A DNA stretch of 5,157 nt from Amoebidium appalachense (lineage: Eukaryota; Protista; Ichthyosporea). Below, one piece after another: positions 1-5,157 of the stretch. The DNA lies in contig CAVNZM010000128.1 in the NCBI GenBank assembly GCA_963693365.1, positions 1 through 5,157 on the forward strand, given 5' to 3'. Positions within the stretch are counted from its first letter, which is position 1; each line of letters starts with the position of its first letter. A model generated the notes under the pieces. It was not told the origin of the DNA and did not search any database. It saw only the letters and a list, made by a program, of their open reading frames with translations. The position numbers and the translations under genes were made by a program.

Positions 1-139
1 AGGTGAAAAGGGGGCCAGCACACTGGCCAGCCATGAGGGTCTTGGAGCAACCAGGCTGGTCGAGTTCGTCCCCGTCGGTGCATGCATCGTCCCTGAAGTA
101 CCTGTAGGTCACCTTGTTGTTCTGCACGGTCCTTGCTTC
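1..139 (-). CDS. Partial coding exon of an unidentified Cys-containing protein (EARTVQNNKVTYRYFRDDACTDGDELDQPGCSKTLMAGQCAGPLFT), continuing off the left edge
   Basis: Stop-free minus frame of 46 codons with G/C at 35 of 46 third positions, unlike the AT-richer flank. It is preceded by in-frame TAG, usable as a tag|G acceptor; an alternative acceptor is gtgcag|AAC (exon start 121). The pyrimidine tract is weak, so the 5' boundary is uncertain. Confidence 0.6.
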
Positions 140-386
140 CTAGGCCTCAGCACATACCGTGTTTCAAGTTCTACCAACTTAGCAAGTCGAACAACCCAGG
201 AAGGCTTATATGCTAGAAAATTGGTCGAGTAAAAGGGAAATCCAAGTAATTCTTACTCTTCAGACTTTTGCTTATGTTGCCTGTTCCTGTTCTGGAGTGG
301 GACAACAGGTTACAGGCGGGCTCAACTTTCTATTGAGCTTTCTAAGGCGGTCGTGTCGACGTCAGCAAACGCAAACATTACAACAA

Positions 387-559
387 CCAATCGGCAATCT
401 AAATAACCTTATATAGGTATTTAGAACGTCACAGCACCCTTTCGACAATACTATTGGCTTAAAGTCACTACCAAGTGTTACCGATAGCTGGGAAATTGCA
501 GGGACCAATAGGATACCCCTGCAACTTTGCAAAAACGTTATTCTATTGGTTTAGATTGG
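387..559 (-). promoter_or_regulatory. Possible promoter module: cluster of CCAAT boxes plus a TATA-like element
   Basis: CCAAT/ATTGG at 387, 453, 505, 545 and 555; TATATAA on the minus strand at 415-409. Motif presence only. Confidence 0.25.
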
Positions 560-736
560 TTTGTTACTTTGCTATGCCCGAAAGGCGCTTTCTACGAAGG
601 GGTTTACTATTAGGGTCCTGTTAGACTTAAAAAAAATTCTCGACTACTCTTGGATCGCAATCACGCCCTCTCTTTAGGAAGTTAGCGGAAATATACTCAT
701 ACAAAAAATACATGCATATAATACAAATATATAAGT

Positions 737-791
737 AAAAGAAAAAGAAAAAAAAGAAAAAAAAAAGATAAAACAAAAGTGAAAGAAAAAA
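737..791. repeat. A-rich low-complexity tract (T-rich on the minus strand)
   Basis: aaaagaaaaagaaaaaaaagaaaaaaaaagataaaacaaaagtgaaagaaaaaa. Confidence 0.85.
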
Positions 792-1360
792 TCCTGGGAG
801 TTCAATAAGTTTTTTGTCGTATATAAGGTATGATTTCAACATCATTGATGGCCCTTTTTGAGTGACCGTTAGATATCGATCGTTTGGTCCCCCATCAGTT
901 TGGAATTTACGCTGATCTGATTGGTCAAGACAGTATCGATCGGATGTGTTTTTTCTTTTGACTCGGGTTTATTGATCCGTTGATGAAGGCAACGTGCAGC
1001 CACAGGCTACATAACCACCAATAGAACTGAAAAAGCCAAAGCTACGAATTAATAATAATAAAGCGATAAGTGACAAAGGACACCAGCGGGCAAAACCTTA
1101 AGTGTACGTGTATGCGTGAAACTAGTTTGCTCCAACTAGTCATATGCATCGATGTTGACCAGACCACACTCCGCAAGAAGTGTCACATCATTACTGCTCC
1201 TTCCCAACAGGCCCCCCTCAAAACCTACCGAGGCACAGCAAGCAAGTCAGCCTCTAAAAGAGCAATGCAGACCAAATCTGAGCTAAAAAACAATCCCAAC
1301 GGGCCCGGCCAGTAGATAACCCGGAGAAACTGCATCTAGCTCTCTGATATGGTGGCCTAC

Positions 1361-1429
1361 TTGTGGCAGGACACACAGAAAAACACAATTACAGAATGCA
1401 TGCAAGCAAACCCGGTCATTGCCATACGG
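1361..1429 (-). CDS. Candidate exon 4 of putative LtrA-like membrane protein ((A)RMAMTGFACMHSVIVFFCVSCH)
   Basis: Acceptor cctccag|C and donor AA|gtaggc; 69 nt, phase 2-2, in frame with the previous exon across a 68-nt GT-AG intron; hydrophobic peptide. Confidence 0.35.
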
Positions 1430-1497
1430 CTGGAGGCTAAGGACTGGCAGTCACTTGGAAAGCTCCCCGACGACCAAGAAGCCGCCCCTCCACTCAC

Positions 1498-1617
1498 GCA
1501 GCGCAGAAGTAGCTAAAGAAGTTGCAGCAGCCCACCGATAGGTCGCGTAGAAGCGTAGACAGCGTGTAGAAGTTACCATAGGTTGCAGTGGACCACCAGG
1601 CGTTGAAGAAACCACTT
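1498..1617 (-). CDS. Exon 3 of putative LtrA-like membrane protein (SGFFNAWWSTATYGNFYTLSTLLRDLSVGCCNFFSYFCA)
   Basis: Ends at a consensus donor GC|gtgagt (1497). Tandem acceptor gag|aag| gives a start of 1617 or 1614, both in frame. The AW-x2-T-x2-Y-x-N-x-[FY] spacing matches the LtrA (PF06772) N-terminal pattern as I recall it. Confidence 0.55.
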
Positions 1618-1663
1618 CTCAAGCGAGAAACTCCGCGAAAGGGAGATGCCCCCACACTCTCAC

Positions 1664-1725
1664 AGCAGTAGGAATATGTACACCAGGCCACACCACACAG
1701 ACGCTGCAGTCACGTTCCCCTGGGC
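1664..1725 (-). CDS. Exon 2 of putative LtrA-like membrane protein (AQGNVTAASVWCGLVYIFLL)
   Basis: Acceptor catcag|G and donor CT|gtgaga; read-through hits TGA at once. Removing a 46/49-nt intron gives a continuous TM-like segment VWCGLVYIFLLL(S)GFFNAWW. Confidence 0.5.
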
Positions 1726-1780
1726 CTGATGTATTTTGGAAGGGATCTAAATCGATTTGATTGGCTGTTCCAACGTTTAC

Positions 1781-1852
1781 CTCTGCTGTCGACGTCTCTT
1801 TATGGTTATCTTGTTTCCTTATCAGGCTATTTGCTAATGCTGTCCCCAAGAT
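1781..1852 (-). CDS. First visible exon of putative LtrA-like membrane protein (ILGTALANSLIRKQDNHKETSTAE)
   Basis: Acceptor ccccctag|A and donor GAG|gtaaac; 72 nt, phase 0-0, joins the next exon in frame across a 55-nt intron. The true start lies further upstream and was not located. Confidence 0.45.
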
Positions 1853-2135
1853 CTAGGGGGACCATCCTGTTTCGTGCGTGCGCTCAAGGCTTTTCATTCC
1901 GGCTCCTTTTCGCTCTCGCCCCCACACTTGAACTGACTTCGAATGTTCGCCACACTCGCACATGCCTTTGTGCGAAACACACGAGCACACCAAAGCAGAA
2001 CATCTTTTGCTTCTTATCTGAAAGCGGACGCATCTTGGACTGGCGTTAGCAAGTACTTTGGGCTGCATGTTAGGTAGGCGAAATGAGTGCTCATGATATG
2101 CTGATGAAAGCAAAACGGGTGTGGTGGAGTTAAGA

Positions 2136-2636
2136 AGGGGGGAGGGAGCGTGTAAGCGTGGGAGGGAGTCTTAGGGAGGGGCCTATGGGAGTGGACGGGA
2201 GGGTCGAGGGTAGGCTAAGGACGAGGGGCCCAGTGAGAAGTGGCTGCACAGGAGAGCGAGGGGGGGTGAGATCTTTGCAGGTTGTGGGACAGGAGAAGCC
2301 TTGGAAGTTCAAGGGGGTTGGGGAGGGGGGAGGGGGAGGGGGAGGGGGTATAGGGGGTCTCCAGGATAGAGGGGAGGGGCGGCGGGGTGAGGAAGTGTGT
2401 GTGTGGTTTTAGGGTGGGAAGGGGGGGGAGGGAGGGGGGAGGGGAAGGGAGGGGGGCGAGAAATGATATGGAGGGAGCCATAAGGAAAGGGGGCCCAAGG
2501 GGGGGACGGGAGGGTGGGGGCTGGATAGGGAGGAGGAAAGAAATGGCTGCAGAGGAGAGCGAGGGGAGGTTAGACCTTGGCAGGTTGTGGAGAAGGGGAA
2601 GCCTGGAAGTTTTTTTCTTTTTTTCTTTTCTTTTTT

Positions 2637-2667
<31 letters not shown>

Positions 2668-2812
2668 GAAGGGGGAGGTGGGTGGGGAGGGTTCTCCCCG
2701 TGATGGAGGGAAGGGTTGGGGAGGAGGTGTGTGTGTGTGTTGGAGGGGAGGAAGCGGTAGGGGGAAGAATTATTCAGCCGGAAGCCAGGAAGGAGAGGAT
2801 TGAAGGGTGGGG
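2136..2812. repeat. G/purine-rich low-complexity block containing a degenerate ~300-bp tandem duplication
   Basis: Cores 2241-2309 and 2544-2611 differ at 10 of 69 columns (offset 303). Flanks share ggacgggagggt and gg(t)tctcc...gaggaRgtgtgtgtgtg. Many GGG runs. Confidence 0.85.
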
Positions 2813-2875
2813 AGCTGTGCAACTAATTCGTTTTGATATGTAGGACACAATGGTGATATGTGCGCCCGCTTGACA

Positions 2876-3540
2876 TTCCCCCCTCCCTCCGCGCCTTTCC
2901 CCACCAACACCACCACAACCATCATTACCCCCCCCTCCCCCCTCCCCCCTCTCCTCCCTCTTCAGCCCCCTCCACGCACTACACACAACTCCTCGGGCTT
3001 CTAATCGTGATCCCCAAGCTTTCCACACTGTTGTCTTTCATTTTCTGTGCCTTGGCTCTCACTTCTTGTATGTCCCCCTAACTCAAGTTTTTCGCTTTGT
3101 CTTGCCACCGTGTACATCCCCCCCTCTCCCCCCCCTCCCCCCCCCCCCCCCCTCCCCTCCCCCCTTCCCCCTCCTTTCTCCTCCAGCGCCTGCACTTGGA
3201 TCCAAAAGCCCTGTCTACCGTGCACATGCGCACTTTTCTTATCTTTGTTTTTGCATATTATTTCCTGTTTTGCACCTTTTTTTTCGTGTTGAGTACTTTT
3301 ACTCAGTAATGAATTGTGTGCACATTCTACCCCGCCTCCCGCGTGGGCCACCCACCCACCCACCACCTTCTTTCCTCTTTCCCCAAACTGTCCACGTTTT
3401 ACTATTCAATTGTTTGAGCCCATCACCTAAATACCCCCCGCCCCCCCTCCCCCCCTCCCTCCCCCTTCCGCAGGTTCTTGAGCACACGGCAAGCCGAGGA
3501 CATCAGCAAAATGGTAAACCTCCCCCCCCCTCCCCCCGCG
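2876..3540. repeat. C/pyrimidine-rich low-complexity block with interspersed unique islands
   Basis: Poly-C/CT tracts at ~2878-2970, 3118-3184, 3434-3469 and 3519-3537. Confidence 0.8.
3474..3513 (+). CDS. Candidate 40-nt exon upstream of the PHPT1-like exon: either coding (FLSTRQAEDISKM) or 5'UTR ending in the initiator ATG
   Basis: Long pyrimidine tract plus ccgcag|G acceptor; donor ATG|gtaaac. The phase-0 end matches the phase-0 start of exon 4559. GC3 is 10/13 in this frame; the spliced context gcaaaATG|G is Kozak-like. Confidence 0.55.
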
Positions 3541-3758
3541 CGACTAGTCCGGCGGCGCCTACCCAAACTTCCGGGTTCCGCTTTCTTTTCGTGTATTTCT
3601 TTGTTTTGTGTTTGTGACCTCAGGGTTCGTGGTTATGTTTGCCATGCCTTTTGTGTATGCCCAATGTGAACAGTGTCCCCCCCGACGTATTCGCTAACCT
3701 CCCTGTCGTAGTCCTGATGCAAGGAGGACACCGAGCTTTCAGATTATCCGATTAACAC

Positions 3759-4024
3759 TTTTTTTTTCTTTTTCTCTTTCCTTTATTTTCTTTTTTTTTT
3801 GGAGGGGGGGGAGGGAGGGAGGGGGTGGGGGGTGGGGGGTGGGGGGGGGGGTGGGTATGTATGTACGTGCCTGGCTGATGCGGGGCTGCTTGTGGTAGCC
3901 AGTGTGTGTGCATGTGGATGAGGGGATAGGCAGGTTTATGTTTTTTCTCAAGATTGTGTGGGTGTGCATGTCTGTGATGGTGTGGATTTGGGAGATGGGT
4001 GGATGGGTGTGGGTTTTTTTTTTT

Positions 4025-4055
<31 letters not shown>

Positions 4056-4152
4056 GGATGGAGAAGCAGGTGTGTGTTTGTGTTTGTGTTTGTGTGTGTG
4101 TGTGTGTACGTGTGCGTGTACACCTGTGCGCCTGTGTCTGTGTGTCTGTGTA
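3759..4152. repeat. Intronic poly-T/poly-G tracts and degenerate (TG)n microsatellite
   Basis: T-rich 3759-3800 then G-rich 3801-3855; T21 at 4014-4034 then G23 at 4035-4057; TG-rich 4070-4152. Confidence 0.9.
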
Positions 4153-4558
4153 TGGACCGGGAAGGGGCTTCAACTTTTTGGGGGAAATTCTTCTGGTTAT
4201 GTGTAGCCTAGAATAAGTTTGCGCATTTGCTGTGTAGCACCAGGAGTTTGCCTAAATTGGCATACCATTTTATCTCTTTGGCCTATACATTGATGGAATC
4301 CTAAGTATGCCTAGAAATTTTATCACAATCACAATCTCATCATGGCCTCAGGTTGCCTGACGATGTACTCTTCCCTCTCCAACCCAACCTTTCCACGTAT
4401 ATGTTTGTGTGTTTTTCCCCCCTCCACGCCTCTCCCAAATGACACACATAGGTTTGCTTGGTACCATTATTCATAAACCATTCTACAGTTTTTTCTCCCT
4501 TCTGTTTCATCAAAATCGAATTTTTCATGTACTTTCTGACTATCTCGTATTTATCCAG

Positions 4559-4729
4559 GCCGAATACACGACATCAGCCGAGGACCAGGCCAATGCGGCA
4601 GCCATCCGGCAGCAGGGGCGCAGTGCAGGAGGTAGGCCCGCAGGTGTTAAAGCAACCCTGGATAGCTTCAAACAGGTGGAGATAGACCACGGCACCTTTA
4701 AGTATGTGCTTATCAAGGCTACAGATAGG
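4559..4729 (+). CDS. PHPT1: Exon of a Janus/Ocnus family, 14-kDa phosphohistidine phosphatase-like protein (AEYTTSAEDQANAAAIRQQGRSAGGRPAGVKATLDSFKQVEIDHGTFKYVLIKATDR)
   Basis: Branch-like ctgac at 4536-4540, pyrimidine-rich tract, tccag|G acceptor and AGG|gtgtgt donor; 171 nt = 57 codons. LDSFKQVEIDHGTFKYVLIK matches the family N-terminal signature (human PHPT1 [21 protein letters not shown]). The rest of the domain, including the catalytic His, must lie downstream. Confidence 0.85.
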
Positions 4730-4745
4730 GTGTGTACCTCCCTTA

Positions 4746-5006
<261 letters not shown>

Positions 5007-5157
5007 AAAACACAATTCATTTCGGTTGGTTACCTATGGAGGGATGCACTAATACACAAGTAAGCGGTCTCGCACACACTTGGATTTATACATATTTCAG
5101 CTGATAGTACCCGCACAATGAACACGCTTGCCCGGTGACACACAACCGTACACACAC

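Noticed and set aside
140-157. 18-nt minus-strand gtatgt...cctag as an ultra-short intron
   Set aside because: Splicing it keeps the upstream open frame out of register with the high-GC3 frame and leads to a stop; it is far shorter than the other predicted introns.
872-942. Repeated tatcgatcg (DRE-like) and paired actagt sites at 1121-1140
   Set aside because: Only two short copies each and not an exact TATCGATA; too little for a regulatory or CRISPR-like call.
210-1315. ORFs 210-416(+), 627-845(-) and 1070-1315(+)
   Set aside because: Short with no family signal; 627-845 is driven by the A-rich tract.
1956-1975. Hairpin tcgcaca/tgtgcga, and a similar 6-bp stem at 320-338, as a terminator or ncRNA
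   Set aside because: Stems of 6-7 bp arise by chance; the context is eukaryotic, with no U-tract or tRNA-like fold.
1729-2049. 106-aa plus-strand ORF
   Set aside because: No recognisable motif or codon bias, and it lies antisense to the better-supported minus-strand exon chain.
2170-2416. Isolated TTAGGG hexamers as telomeric repeats
   Set aside because: Single non-tandem occurrences are expected in G-rich sequence.
2130-4216. Numerous Gly-, Pro-, Phe-, Lys- and Val/Cys-rich ORFs in the track
   Set aside because: They are translations of homopolymer and dinucleotide tracts that lack stops in many frames; no coding signature.
3492-4586. Shared words agccgaggac and gacatcagc between exons 3474-3513 and 4559-4729, suggesting exon duplication
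   Set aside because: The 9-10 nt matches occur in different order and reflect common codons (AED); not distinguishable from chance.

Overview
Eukaryotic, intron-containing genomic DNA; no prokaryotic operon, RNA gene, CRISPR array or mobile element is supported. Nearly all ORFs in the supplied track are low-complexity artefacts, and the real coding signal lies in short exons. (1) A plus-strand gene has a clear 171-nt exon (4559-4729) encoding the start of a Janus/Ocnus (PHPT1-like phosphohistidine phosphatase) domain, probably preceded by a 40-nt exon (3474-3513) ending in ATG. (2) A minus-strand gene of at least four short exons with 46-68 nt introns (~1852-1361) splices into a hydrophobic peptide resembling the LtrA membrane-protein family. 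(3) A high-GC3, Cys-containing minus-strand exon runs off the left edge (139-1). Between the divergent genes, a G-rich degenerate ~300-bp tandem duplication flips to C-rich sequence near 2820-2870. The right half is full of homopolymers and TG/CA/TC microsatellites. All family calls are by-eye motif recognition, not database results. I see no convincing evidence of a wholly new system.
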